Source: Octopus sinensis (lineage: Eukaryota). Taken from it: 64,000 nucleotides of DNA. Under the pieces are notes generated by a model. It saw only the letters and a list, made by a program, of their open reading frames with translations. It searched no databases and had not been told where the DNA came from. The position numbers were made by a program, and so were the translations under genes. The stretch lies in assembly GCF_006345805.1 (NCBI RefSeq), contig NC_043000.1, forward strand, positions 31,992,001-32,056,000, read 5' to 3'. Below are positions 27,995-42,748 of the stretch, piece after piece (position 1 is the stretch's first letter; every line of letters begins with the position of its first letter).

Positions 27995-28745
27995 CCCACG
28001 TGCAGAAAGGAGACTTAAAAGGGTACACTGAGGCGTTAGTGTGCAGCGCTCAAGAACAAGCTCTCACAACAAACTGCTCCAAATATCATATTGATAAAAG
28101 TACTGACTCACCACAGTGTAGGATGTGCTCTGAGAAGTGAGACAGTACAAGCCATATTGTTAGTGAGTGATGTAAGCTCGCACAACGCGAATAAAAAAAG
28201 GAGACACAGCAATGTGGCCAGATATGTCCACTGGCTGTTGTGTGGTAAAGGAAATCTCGGGGGAACCGAACAAGAGTATGAACACAAGCCAGAGGGAGTA
28301 ATGGAATACGAACTTTACAAAATACTCAGGGAGTTTAACATGCAGTGCGACCAAGTCATAGAGTAAAGACAATAGATGTTGCAATACCAGGCGATTCGAG
28401 GGTGAAATGTAAGAAAACAGAAAAGACTGAGAAATACCAGCCACTACAGGACGAAATAGGAAAAGTTATGGGGCATGAGGAAAGTAATTGTGATACCGGT
28501 GATAATTGAAGGATTAGGAGCAGTTTCCAAGAGTTTTGAAAAACATATTAAGAATATTGGAGCTGCTGTCAGGCTCGAGGTGATCTAGAAGTCAACATTG
28601 TTGGGTACAGCTTGCATTCTAAGGAGAGTATTGTCTCTTTGAGTCACAGGAGAAGGGACTACTTGAAACCTTTGGTGATTTGTTGTTGACTGCTTTCAAG
28701 TAAAGAATAACTGGTAATGAAGAACTATCCGAGAATCTTTCAGAA
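27995..28745 (+). mobile_element. 5'-truncated R4/Dong-like element
   Basis: KGDLKGYTEALVCSAQEQALTTN..KYHIDK..DSPQCRMC, RRHSNVARYVHW, HKPEGV, VIPVII.GLG and LLGTACILRRVL. Tail runs into (CAA)n(TAA)n. Confidence 0.88.
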
Positions 28746-28776
28746 CAACAACAACAGCAACAACAACAACAACACC

Positions 28777-28810
<34 letters not shown>

Positions 28811-28825
28811 GCAACAATAATAATA

Positions 28826-29945
28826 AAATGCCCTGATGCAGTACCAGGCAGTGGCTCTCATGGCTTCTGATCTTAACTGATTGGAAGTGTTATCATGTAC
28901 ATTGTTTTGTCTTGGTATAAAAGATGGGCTACAGCAAATATTCTGCTCAATACCACAGATTTGCTTGTCAGTTGTTTGACCTTAACCAGTTGAGCATGTC
29001 CCTTAGTGGCTGACGATATGTGCATCTCTGATCACGAGCAGAAGTAGTGGGGGAGCATCATAGCCATGTGTTGAGAGGGATTCTTTGGGGTTTGAATAAT
29101 TCACCTCTGGAAACATGGGTGGTTCTTTCAACATCCTTAAACAACCCTTATTCAGGGACCTTTGGAGTGGGGTGGGCTACTCAACCTGAAGACAATTCTA
29201 ACTGGGCCCCACCTGCAAGGTCATGTGCTGTTTATCTTGATATGAGATCACCATGTCGCGCACACATGGTTGTGATGCATGTGCCTGGTGTACCCTTATC
29301 AGACGGGTAGTCATGACGGGTATACTGGGCTTCGTATATTTTACCCCAGTGTCACTTTGATGGCATGCACTGCTCTCTCACTCAATAATAATAATAAATG
29401 CCCCCTGATGCAGTGGCTCTCATGGCTTCTGATCTTAACGGATTGCAAGTGTTATCATGTACATTGTTCTGTCTTGGTATAAAAGATGGGCTACAGCAAA
29501 TATTCTACTCAATACCACAGATTTACTTGTCATTTGTTTGACCTTAACCAGTTGAGTATGTCCCTTAGTGGCTGACGATATGTGCATCTCTGATCACGAG
29601 CAGAAGTAGTGGGGGAGCATCATAGCCATGTGTTGAGAGGGATTCTTTGGGGTTTGAATAATTCGCCTCTGGAAACATGGGTGTTTCGTTCAACATCCTT
29701 AAACAACCCTTATTCAAGGACCTTTTGGGTGGGATTGGTTACTCGACCAGAAGAAAATCCTAACTAGGCCCCATCTGCAAGGTCATGTGCTGTTTATCTT
29801 GATATAAGATCACCATATCGCGCGCGTATGGTTGTGATGCATGTACCTGGTGTACCCTTATCAGACGGGTAGTAATGATGGGTATACTGGGATTCGTATA
29901 TTTTACCCCAGTGTCACTTTGATGGCATGCACTGCTCTCTCACTC
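28826..29945 (+). repeat. Two tandem ~550-570 bp non-coding units (28826-29382, 29397-29945), each followed by (TAA)n
   Basis: Both units start aatgccc..ctgatgcagt and end atgcactgctctctcactcaataataat. High identity by eye. Confidence 0.92.
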
Positions 29946-29985
<40 letters not shown>

Positions 29986-30016
29986 TAATAATAATAATAA
30001 TAATATTAATAATAAT

Positions 30017-30652
30017 ATGAAGCGGTATGGCATATCGTTAGCGAATGTCCGAAATTGGTACAACGCGAATACAAACGACGCCATGACAATTTAGTAAGAA
30101 TGATCCGCTGGGAGCTCTGTGGACATCACGGCCTACAAGGTGAAAAGAAGTAGTATGAAGAAACCCTAGAAGGAGTCGCCGAAAATGACAACTCAAAAGT
30201 CCTGTAGCATGCAATGATTCAGTGCGATCACCTGATCAGACATCGGAAACCGGACATTGTTGTGGTGAATAAAAAAGAAAGAACATGTACGATAATCAAC
30301 ATAGCATGCCCCAGTAACAGCAGGATCAATGTGAAAAAAGAAGAAAAAATAAACACCTATGACGATTTAAAGTGGGAAATCCGAAGGTTGTGGTCAATGA
30401 AGAGAGTAGACGTGATACCAATAGTAATTGGTGCACTTAGAAATATCAGCACTCAACTATCAACATGGCTGAAAAAGATTGGTGCAAGTGTGAAGGTAGA
30501 ACACCTACAAAAATCAGTATTGCTTGGAACCGCAAGAATTCGTCGCAGCGTTCTTGAAGCATGACCAGTAAACAAGTGTCATCTTAGCCTGCTGGCTGTG
30601 GACAGCGGACATTTTCCATCATACCCAGCAAAATAAGCTGTGAGTTTTCATA
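30017..30652 (+). mobile_element. 5'-truncated R4/Dong-like element inserted in (TAA)n
   Basis: HIVSECPKLVQREYKRRHD, HRKPDIVVVNKKERTCTIINIACP...EEKINTYDDLKWEIRRLW...IPIVIGAL...LQKSVLLGTARI. Flanked by (TAA)n on both sides. Confidence 0.92.
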
Positions 30653-30676
30653 AAATAATAATAATAATAATAATAA

Positions 30677-31670
<994 letters not shown>

Positions 31671-31699
31671 TAATAACAATGATGATGATAACAACTATA

Positions 31700-32098
31700 A
31701 TAATCCTTTCTGCTATAGGTACAAGGCCTGGATTTTCTGGGGTGGGGGACAGTCGATTACATTGACCCCAGTGCATAACTGGTACTTATTTAATCGACCC
31801 CGAAAGGATGAAAGGCAAAGTCGACCTCGACTGAATTTGAACTCAAAACGTAGCAGCAGACGAAATACTGCTAAGTATTTCGCCCGACGTGACAACAACT
31901 ATAAATTTTTTCTTTACTACCCACAAGGGGCTAAACACAGATGGGACAAACAAGGACAGACAAAGGGATTAAGTCGATTACATCGACCCCAGTGCGTAAC
32001 TGGTACTTAATTTATCGACCCCGAATGGATGAAAGGCGGAGTCAACCTCGGCGGAATTTGAACTCGGAACGTAACGACAGACGAAATACGCTAAGCAT
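31700..32098 (-). mobile_element. Two adjacent tRNA-derived SINE copies
   Basis: Two reverse-complement copies of the 14233 family (gtcgattacat.gaccccagtgc.taactggtact...gaatttgaactc). Confidence 0.85.
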
Positions 32099-32849
32099 TG
32101 ACAAGAACTATAATACTGATACATATAGACATTCATATGTATGCATATAAAAATATAAATACACAGACAGAGGAGGAGAGGAAAGAGGAGGAGGAGGAGG
32201 AGGAGGAGGAGGAGACAGGAACAGAGGTAGATAGAAAATATATAAGGAGAGAGTAAAATAACTTAAAGAGAGGGGAGCCTTTCTTTCAAAGCGTGCGTTA
32301 GATTGTATTTAGTTTATCATAATTGTTGATAGTTGTTGGCCAGTATTTCTAATCTCGCAGGTTGTCATAGTTTCTAGATTTATCTATTGATTGTTTAACC
32401 TCGACCATAGACGACGCCCGATATCGGCAACACCTCACACAATTTCCGTTCTACAAGAATACTCATCGAAACTGATATATAATACTTTCGCCATTGAAAA
32501 TCATTTTATATATTCACTGCTTTTCTTTCCAGCCACCACCACCACCACAAACCCTTTCCTATACTCCTTGTACACGTTACATTTTCTGGAAGCTGCCCAG
32601 ACAAATCTATGTTACACTTCATAAAGACTAATGTATATTTTTTCTTCTTTTACTCAAAGGATCTCTTTTTTTCCCTATTGTATGAGATTATTTATTCACC
32701 TACTCACTCCCGTGCCTTCACACCTATCTCATTGTTTAACTATCTCCCCCTCTTTCTCTCTCTCTCTCCCTTTTTCTCTCTCCCACACACACTTTCTCTT
32801 TACACACACACATATATATATACATGTATATAACATATACATATACATA

Positions 32850-32894
<45 letters not shown>

Positions 32895-34264
32895 TATATA
32901 TATATAATATATATATATATATGTGAATTAGTTTCAGAATTCAATTGAATCTAGGCACATCAACAAGTAAGTTGCCAGAAATGGCTAGGTACAATAGCAT
33001 AGAGTTATCATGGAGATAAGTAACTTTGAAATTATCAAATGTTTGTAAGTTTACTGTAGATATGTAAGTACTAATCCAATTTAAACCGAAGATCCGACTC
33101 GGAGTTGGTTCTAAGTGTAACAGACAAAACAAACCTTATAAACCCAGAATGCCTAGAATTAACATTAAGGACTACAAACCTAATTTCAGAACTAACCCTA
33201 GTATAAGGCTTTTATGCCCATCAAAAACAATCTTGGGTAAGATAAGTAAGGTAATTATGGATAAGTATATATCCTCTCTTGAAATATAATTAAACTAACT
33301 CTTTGGTCCAGCTTATATGAAATAATCAACTGGTTTAATAAAATAAATAGTAAACAGGCAAAAAGATTTGTACAAATCGGCACAAATAGCTGCTACTCAT
33401 CTATAAGCCCCATCCTTCTTAATAAAGCTCCTTTATTTTCTAGGAAAAACCATGCGCTATCCATGGAAGAAATAAACGTAATTTTAGCGGCAAGAAAGTC
33501 AATTATAAAATTTGAGAATAAGTAGTACTGGGTAAGGAAGGATACTAATGACTGCTTTGATATAACAATGGGATCGACGGACTCGATACATGTCACCGAT
33601 CTGGTGGGTATATATGTATATTGTTTACAAAATATGTAGGGAATTTCCTGAGCTTGGAGGTGGTCTATACAGGGATGATGCACTTCTCACCCAGGATAAC
33701 CACTCTAATAGCCAAATCGAGAAGTGTAAGAAAGGATTATTCAAATTCTTTAGAAATATAAGACTATCAATATTTATTGAAAATGAACATAATTCCGCTA
33801 ACTTCCTCGACATCAATTTAGATCTCAGTGAAGGTAAATACAAACCATAAACCTAACACTAGCTTAAAATACATAAACAGAAATAGAAATCATCCTAGAA
33901 GTATGACAGAGAAAATTGTAGAACATGCTTCATCACATATTTCAAATCTATCAGCGGACGAAGTATTTAAACAGAACGAAGACTATTATAACTTAGCATT
34001 TAGTAAGACAGGATATAAATAAGAATTGAAATTTAACAAAAAGAAACATAGATCCAGGCGAGGTTAATAAAGAAAATAGCTATAACACCGAAGGTAATAA
34101 TAAGGTATAGAATTACAATAGTAGTAGAGATAAAGATAGGAAAAAATGAATTGATATATTGTAAAGCGGAAAATACCAAAAACATTGATAAAACAGAACC
34201 GAAGAAAATAAAAGGAATTACGATTAATAAAAATTCTGCTAAAAAGTTCCATAAAAGAAATAAT

Positions 34265-34500
34265 TATAGGAATGGAAGCCAAACTATTACGAAAAGCAAT
34301 AATAGCAACAGAAATAGACCATCTCATCTCAGGATGTCTTGGGCTGACACCAAACGAATACAAAAATCGCCACAATTGTGTAGGACAGTATTTACATTGG
34401 AAAATGTGTAAACACTACAAAATCGGCACTCCTGCTTACTGGTATGAACATCATCGTGAGCCAGTCGTTGAACATTAAAATGTCGCTATCATCTGATTTT
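34265..34500 (+). mobile_element. R4/Dong-like fragment nested in the PLE
   Basis: IDHLISGCLGLTPNEYKNRHNCVGQYLHWKMCKHY...WYEHH.EPVVE. Confidence 0.8.
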
Positions 34501-34583
34501 CCAGTTGTTGTTGTTGTCGTCGTCGTCGTCGTTGTTGTTGTTGTCGTCGTCGTCGTCGTCGTTGTTGTTGTTGTCGTCGTCGT

Positions 34584-34965
34584 CTTTGCACAGCTTCTAA
34601 CACTGGAGACGTATTACTGTGTCAGCTGTTCACTACCAGTGAACTAACGTAACACCTCTTATTTTTCGAGCACCTTCCGGAATATTCAAGCGGTTTTCTG
34701 CAAGTGCTCCCCCCTTATCGCAGCCCCTATTTGTTCTACGTACTTCTCGAGATTTTTGCTCACAGTTCCCAGGGCTCCAACAATTATTGGTACTACTGCT
34801 ACCTTTTTCATCGACCACAACTGCTTAACCTCCCAAGTTAACCTGTCATATCTCTCGACTTTTCTTTCTTCCTTGTCGCATACCTTGTTGTCAGCTGGGC
34901 ATGCTATGTCTATGATCCAGCATCGTTTGTTTTCTTTCTTAATTAGGACTATGTCCAGCTTCCTA
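34584..34965 (-). mobile_element. R4/Dong-like 3' end nested in the PLE, abutting (TAA)n
   Basis: Minus strand: RKLDIVLIKKE.KRCWIIDIACPADNKVCDKEERKVERYD.L.WEVKQLW...VVPIIVGALG. Confidence 0.85.
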
Positions 34966-35025
<60 letters not shown>

Positions 35026-35042
35026 CATTATTATTATTATTA

Positions 35043-35078
<36 letters not shown>

Positions 35079-36858
35079 CATTATTATTATTATCAGTATT
35101 ATTATTAAAACAATAATAATAATAATAATAACAATATAGTGACGAATATTAGATAAAACGGAATAAATATATAGATAAACGATGTAAGAGGTAAACCCCT
35201 ACCATTTGCAAAAATAGACCTAATAATAATACTGAATGGTTTATTATTCCATTTAGAAAATAAATGAGCACGAACATTCTGAAAATATTTTATTGAGCAG
35301 TAAATAAACACTTTCCTAAAAGTAGCAAGTATTATAAAATCTTCATCTCGGATCTAGTAAGAATTGCTTTTTCGAATCCAAGAACATGGCGCAAATAATA
35401 GCAGTGCAAAATACGAAAAGATTAAATTATTTCTTCGATAAGCAGATTAACTATAATAGTAATGAAACGTAAATAAAAGTAAAAAGGAAAACGAACCAAG
35501 GGAAATAACTGCTATAAATACCATCCAAGTATATGAACAGGGAAGCAAAAATGCTAAAAAGAGCAGCATATGAGTAAATACCCATAGTGAAAATAGTAGC
35601 ATAAAGCATGCAAACGGCGAAATTAGGAAGAAGAAGAAGAAGAAGAAGAAGAAGAAGAAGGGGAGGAGGAGGAGGAGAGGGAGGAGGAGGAGGAGAGGAA
35701 GGAGGAGGAGGAGGATAAGAAGAAGAAGAAAGAAGAAGAAGAAGAAGAAGAAGAAGAAGAAGAAGAAGAAGAAGAAGAAGAAGAAGAACAGAGACGTTGT
35801 GAATAATAACCTAAAATTGAAAATCAAGAAACTGAATGTAAATTAGAAGATAAAAGTTGTAGAGAGAACAACAGAAATGATCAGGAAGGAAAACAAGCTA
35901 TAAAAGATAGATTTATAGATAAAAGAAAAACGTGATTGCACAATAAATAGATTATGTCCACTTGAATCTAACTGTAAAATTAAAGAAACTCTATTCAGGT
36001 CAAAGTAATCTCAGAAGGTCAGGTATATTATTATATCGGCGCTTGCGAAACATATATAAAAAGAATCGCCAGTCACGATAACTCATTTAAAGACTGCAAA
36101 AAGAGGAATAACACTAGTTTAAGTAAACTAATTTTGGCCTTAAAAGATAATAATAAAGAATATAAAATTACCTGGGAAGTAATTAGTGGAGCCGAACCAA
36201 ATAGTAGAGGAAGCAAACGGTGTAAATTGTGTATGGAAGAAATTTGCCAAATTCTTACAACAAAATTCAAGTTAATAAACCATAGACGCGAGAGTGTATT
36301 CTCGTTGTATTCTTCGAGATAGGCATACGTTTCATGGATTTCAATAACTGCATAATATATAATATTAAAATTAGAATTGAAATCAAGTAAACCATCGCAA
36401 GTTGAGTGGGTAATTAAATATATACTCCTACATAAATTAACCTTATTCTAAGGATTACAGAAAACTTCGGGAATAAATTAACGATATCCTTAAATTTAAG
36501 TAGATTGCATTTAATTATGAATTAGCAAATTAAATAATAGACTTATAGCTCATTTCTAATAATATTAACAATAATAACAAGAGTTGTAGAAGTAGCAATA
36601 CTAATGAGATGGATGATAATAACAGTAAAAGACATACTTAAGGAAACCTGATACTAAGCATTTATACTGCCACTCACCATTTGAGGATGGTCTGTCTGCA
36701 GAATACTAAAATTCCTTGGACAACGAGTCATTTTATTTTTAACCAGCAGATTTAAAAGGGTCTGGGTCTAGGCTATTTTAGGAACAATGACAACACCACG
36801 TGTATTTCGGCTGGACTTGTATTTAATTTAGATTCTATCTGAACAATGCGGTTAATTA

Positions 36859-36953
36859 CACCCTGAAGAAGTGGCTACTAACAATAAGTGCACATTAAGA
36901 TGCACATTTTTTCAGTGTGCATTAGTTAATTGCCGAGGAAACATGTGTAGGTG
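36859..36953 (+). ncRNA. Type I hammerhead motif at the 3' end of the Penelope-like element
   Basis: cacc-CTGAAGA-agtggc...gccgag-GAAA-catgtg-TA-ggtg. Extended stem II with an internal atgcaca/tgtgcat hairpin. Confidence 0.78.
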
Positions 36954-37213
36954 CAGAAACGACAAGAAGTAACTAAGAGCTAAATAAAACTGGATATAAA
37001 TCTGTTATATGTATGTATGTATGTATGTAAGTATGTATGTATGTATGTATGTAGTATGTATGTATGTATGTATGTATGTATGTATTATGCATGTATGTAT
37101 GTGTGAGTGTGTATATATATATATACATAAACATATGTGTGTATACATATACATAAATACAGACAGTCAGTCAGACAGACAGACAGACAGACAGACAGAT
37201 ATATAGATTGATT

Positions 37214-37275
<62 letters not shown>

Positions 37276-37281
37276 TTGATT

Positions 37282-37370
<89 letters not shown>

Positions 37371-38724
37371 ACAAAAATAAGAATGGAGAAAATCACACCT
37401 GTGATTGATGATGATTGATTACACAATGACAATCGTTTCTTTTGTTTCGGGGTATTTAGATTATATAGAAAGTACCGGTGAAATTAATAAATCCGAAAAT
37501 ATATGTTAACAGAATCTAAAATTGGTCAAATCGAAAGTGAACTAAGAAAATATCTCTAATAGACGAATACATGCATAAGGAACTTTAAGAAGAAATATAA
37601 TATTCTAAGAAAAGCCAGTTTAGTATTTAACTTTTGATGACGTCAGTAGATGCCGAAAAAAATAATAAAATAAACGTAGGAATTCTTCGTTACGACATTT
37701 CGAAACATAGAAATTCTACGTCACGACAATTAGTTATCTATCTATTAAATATGCTAAACTTTTTTAGAAAAATTATGAATATTATATTATTTGAAAAGCA
37801 ATTGTAATTAATGTGTTATTATTAAATTATAAAGGTAATTTTACATTGAAATGTTCTCACAATTAAAGAAAGACATATAAATATTTCATTTCTAAATATT
37901 AATTTTGAAGTAATTATATAACATATTTCCTCAGAAATATTTAAAATATTTAAAATATTTAAAATATTTAAAATATTTAAAATATTTAAAATTACCTAGC
38001 TTCCTTATATAGGAAAATTTTGAACGGCAAAAATGCAATCGTGTGACATAAGTTTCTTTATGAACTTAAGCAAAGCAGAAGAAATGGAATGGATAAAATC
38101 CAGAATCGAAACTTACTCTCAGACTCCGTTATCAAAGCTTTTCTTGGAATCATTACCATATCTGACCAGTAGTACTCGTAGAAATTCTATGGTTAATTTG
38201 GAATCTATGAAATTATTGGGATTATTTATAAATCCAGTTTCCTTTCAAATTGTACTTCTGACGTGTTTAATTCTTGAGACAGTAAAATATGCCATAGGTA
38301 GTACTGAAGGTGCAGACTTAGTAGAGAAAATCTTCGAAAACTATTCGTTGTATTCCTGTCACCTGAGAAATAAATCGTAATCGATTTTTTTATAATGTTA
38401 AGATGTAAGTTATCTTAACTATGAAAGTAAATCCAAATCATGATTTATTCATAATACTATTCTGCTATGGTACGACTACGGTATCAGAATTTTAATAAAT
38501 CTTAAAACGTTGTACTACATACTCCATTCATATCAGAGAAAAGTACACATGGCCGGATTTTAACGCAGAATGGCAATAAAAGAAATACAATAGCTGTCCT
38601 ACTGAGCTATCGCACACACCCACACATATACACGTGTATGTGTATTCACACCCACACACACACATACTCACACAATACACAAATACAGACACGCACAGAC
38701 ACAGGTATATTCATACATACATAC

Positions 38725-39282
38725 AGAGACAGTGACGCTCTTGCAATCTCAAGGTGCAACCGCATGTGGAGGCTGTGTCATGTTTCTGTGGAAGACATTA
38801 CGCATGTGATTAGCAGCTGTTCAAAATTACATTCATAAACACCAACTCAATATGGAATATTACCATCAAAACATCTGTCAAATGTAAGGATAACAGGCTG
38901 GATATAGTTGTTTGGGACAGAGGGGCAAAGGGATGTACCGTCATAGAGGTCAGCTGCCCTGCAGATATAAATATCTCTTTGAAAATCAAAGAAAAAGGTG
39001 ATGTCTATGGAAAACTGCTTCGAAATCTCCAGCTTCTATATGCAGACTATGAATTCATATTCATACCAATAATAATTGGAGCACTAAGTTTTGTTAGTGA
39101 ATGTTTAAAGGAGAATCTGGATAAACAGGGAGTGGAACAGTAAAAATATACAAGACTTTTCTCAAGTTCCAAATGTGAATTTGTCTGTGTTAACTACACT
39201 CCAAAAACGGAACCTTGTATCTTTGTTGGAAACCGGTTCCTTCCTCAGTGGGAGATTTATAATAATTAAAAACTAGAAGAGA
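38725..39282 (+). mobile_element. 5'-truncated R4-like RLE element inserted in (CATA)n
   Basis: RLCHVSVEDITHVISSC, NRLDIVVWDR..KGCTVIEVSCPADINISLKIKEK..VYGKLLRNLQLLY..Y.F.FIPIIIGAL. Flanked on both sides by catacatac. Confidence 0.85.
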
Positions 39283-39375
39283 CATACATACATACATACA
39301 TACATACATACATACATACATACACACACATATATATATAATTCAGAATTTTCAATTATTTTACGAATAATATAT

Positions 39376-39575
39376 ATATTCTCTTGTGTCTGGGGAGAGT
39401 CATTTTCTTTTTGTGCCTTATTATTTAACACACTCACTGGTAAAATTTCCACTTTTTTCTTATTTTTATTCTCCTAAAATAAAAATTAAAATAAAAATAA
39501 GAAAAAAGTGGAAATTTTACCGGTGAGTGTGTTAAATAAAAAAGAAAATTACTCTCCCCAGACACAACAGAATAT
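39376..39575. repeat. Near-perfect fold-back palindrome (~100 bp arms)
   Basis: tgtgtctggggagagt...aaaatttccacttttttcttattttt versus aaaaataagaaaaaagtggaaatttt...actctccccagacaca. Confidence 0.92.
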
Positions 39576-39664
39576 GCTTCAACACACGAACTCATATAAA
39601 GAATCTTGCAAACCAAATCCCAAAACGAAATATATATGTATGTGTGCGTGTGTGTGTGTGTGTG

Positions 39665-39714
<50 letters not shown>

Positions 39715-39803
39715 GCATCTATAATACATTATCGCTTTCACTTCTTCCCAAGCGTTCATTGCGTAGACCCTAACAGAATAACTTCATGGATGTGCGAATG
39801 CTA

Positions 39804-41091
39804 TCTAGCAGAGTAAAACGTAAGCAACGTTTTGAAACATAAAATTCATCACAATATATTTTAACAATGTGGAAATTTTATTCACCAAAGTAAGAGCCAT
39901 TGCAATTAACACAATTTTGCCAACGAATTGCAAGTTTGTTTATTCTGGTAACATAAAAATCTGGAATTCTGGAGCTGATGAACTCTTTGAATGCACTTTC
40001 AGCATCAGTTTGATTTTTGATCTCCTTCTCTCGCAGGAAACCATCAAGGTGCTTCAAAAGTGGTAGTCGATAGGAGAAAGGCCTGGGGAATAAGCTGGGT
40101 GGGGAAGAACTTTGTAGCCACATTCCCCACAAATTCTGGAGCGTCATTAGTGAAATGTGTGGTCCTGCCTTGTCATGAAGAATGATTTGCCCTCTTCTGT
40201 TGACCAATCTGGGACGGAGGAGAAGCCGCTTTTCGTTCATTTTTGCAATTTCATGGCAATATGTTTCTGCGGTAATGGTTTTTCCGGGTTTTAAGAAGTT
40301 ATAGTGGATGGGTCCAACAGTACACCCCCAAACAATCACTAGAACCTTCTTTTTGAAAAGCTCGGGTTTGGGGAAGGTTTTCAGCGCTTCATTTTGTTCC
40401 AACCACTGCAAAGAACATGCTTTATTGTTGTACAGAATCCACTTTTCATCGCAAGTTACAATACGGTCGAGAAATAGTTCGGTTTGGTTACGGAGAAAAA
40501 GCGACTAGCAAATTTTATATCTGCACATTTTCTGATTTTCATTCAAATCATGTCGTACTCATTTGTCGAGTTTTTTATTTATGTTTCGATTGCATGCAAA
40601 TGGTTGCAGGCAGTTTTCTGGCTAGCTTGAAGTTCTTTTGTCAGTTCTCGAGTGGTTTTACGTGGATCTTTCTCAATGACGGTCTTTAATCGACCGCCAT
40701 CGATGACAGGTGTGCGTTCACTACGCTCATGATCTTCAAGGCTCAGGTTTCCACTGCGAAATCGTTTAAACCATTTTCGAGCTGACCACTCACTGGTCGT
40801 TTCTTCCCCAAACGTTTCGTTGATATCGCGAGCAGTTTCGGCTGCTTTACGACCATTTTGAAGTTGAATAGCAAAATTGCCCGAATATCGCGCTTTGACA
40901 TTTCCATTTCAGATTATTGTAACAGCGTTGAAAGAAATATCAATGTTAATTTATTGATGCATTTGGGCAAGTCTATGACTGTATTATCAGACAATTGCAA
41001 AAAAGAATGTTTTAAAAAATTCAAAACACTGCAAAAATCCGGTACAAATACTTCGTGGTTCAAAACGTTGCTTACTTTTTACTCAACCTGA
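39804..41091 (-). mobile_element. Mariner DNA transposon, full length (~1.29 kb), transposase inactivated
   Basis: TIRs gagtaaaa.gtaagcaacgttttgaa / ttcaaaacgttgcttactttttactc, flanked by TA. Transposase from ATG ~40907 to stop 39878, with TCDEKWI, QWL..PKP, LHDKA.PH, YSP.LSP.DYH.F-like and RWQNCV..NGSYF motifs. Frameshifted. Confidence 0.93.
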
Positions 41092-42748
41092 TAGATTATG
41101 TTTTCGATTGCCTTCCATAGTTAAATCCTTACATACATAGACTCCTGTTGAATAATATTTTGATTGCTACCTCGTTCTCTCTTGCTCTCTCCTCTCTTCC
41201 CTTCCTCTCTCTCTCTCTCTCCCTCTCCCTCTCTCTCTCTCTTTCTCTCCTACGCACTCATTTTATTTCATTTCTCTTTCATTTCCTTCTCTTCTTTTTC
41301 TCTCTCTTCCATTTTTCCTTCCGCCTCCTCTCTCTCTCCCTCTCTCTCTCTCTCTCTTCCCCTAAAACATTACATTTAATGTCGCTTATCTCTGTTCAAC
41401 TAAGCCTGATATATTTTCACTCCTACAAACCTGACTCGTATAAAACACACCTACAACAGCAATATACTTACTTATCTCCCCAAATTATCCTCACAGAACA
41501 GAACTTCTAAATTAATAGTTACATCTTCACACGTTATTCTCTCATTAAAATATATTACAATGTATTTCCATTCAACAATAATTTGATTATATTCTCTCTC
41601 ACGTTTATATTCTCCAGCACTGGTTTATAGTCAATATTTGAAACCAACCTCCTAATTAACTTATGTTGCTAAAATTCTTATAATTAATTAAGATAGCAAT
41701 GATTGTCTTTCAAAATTTAAATAATGATTCCTGGGGTCCCTTGCCAATTGTTGAAGTAGAATACAGTAAAATATATCAGCCCCAATGCGTAAAGATGTGT
41801 TAATGAACGTAGAAGATGACGGTTGAAGCCGAGTCAGGTGGACTTTGAAATCAGAACTAAGATGGTGAAACTTAATAAATATTTTTAATATAAACCTGAA
41901 GCCAGCAACTTTAGGAAAATGGATTAGTCGATGCGAGTGATCTCAGTATTTGGCTTTTACTTTATTTTATCGACTCCGAAAGGATGACAAGAAAAAGATG
42001 ATGTCTGCAGAATTTGAACTCAGAATATAAAGAGTCATAAGACAATTGAAAACTCTAGCATTTTCGGTAACCCTTTGCTCAGGAGGAATTTAATAATACT
42101 TTCTGGTTTAGATTCAAAGCCACCAGTTTTAGGACGGTCGGTCCACATCACCAGCACTGTTGTTTTACTGGTGTTTGCCCCAAGAAGGTAAACATCGGAA
42201 ACAAATACTGCAAAGCATTTCTTTTAACATTCTAATGATTCCGCCAGTTGGCCACCAGCGGAGAAATTTCAGGTAAACTATCTAGTTTGGTGCCTTACCA
42301 TTTCATCCCTTTCTTCGATCTTTAAATTGTTCGAGATACCTCCGAAATACCTTTGCCATGCCTCAAATTGCAATAAATCTGATTCTACTTCATTCTAGTT
42401 AACTCTTTGGTATACCTTCTATTTATAGTCTAGCACTAACTTAACCATCACGTAACTGGCGTTCCTGTTTCAACCACCCACAACAGACCTTTAACTTTCA
42501 TTGTTAATCTCTTCATCACCAGACACTGGCCTCCTCCTATATAGCCTACATACCTATTTTTATTGCCTATTTTAACTCATTTAGTGTCATACTAAATTTC
42601 CCTCAGCAACTCACTCCAACCCCGACACCCCGCATCCTACTTTTCATCCAATGCTCCTCACTTTAAACCCCCTGAACCCCCTTTCCAGTCTCCCATTTAA
42701 AATTATATATTCATAAACGATGTTCTATACTATGTTATTTGCCAGGAA

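Larger units (their letters stand above)
32945..37005 (+). mobile_element. Decayed Penelope-like element (RT + C-terminal GIY-YIG + hammerhead-containing 3' pseudo-LTR)
   Basis: RT remnants KDYKPNF...RLLCPSK..LGKISK, FDITMGS.D...DLVG, GLYRDDAL and NFLDINLDL..GKYKP. Linker WF..PF...TNI...KHFP...KIF at ~35235-35420. Endonuclease CPL..NC...YYIG...H..SF..T.LSK..LK..I.WEVI...CKLC at ~35950-36300. HHR at 36859. Confidence 0.85.

Noticed and set aside
28826-29945. Direct repeats considered as LTRs or a CRISPR-like array
   Set aside because: No internal region, TG..CA ends or spacer structure, and the context is eukaryotic.
38033-38380. 115-aa ORF on +, and a possible minus-strand exon (ttctcag...gagtaagt)
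   Set aside because: No recognisable domain. All three frames of the putative minus-strand exon hit stops before the donor.
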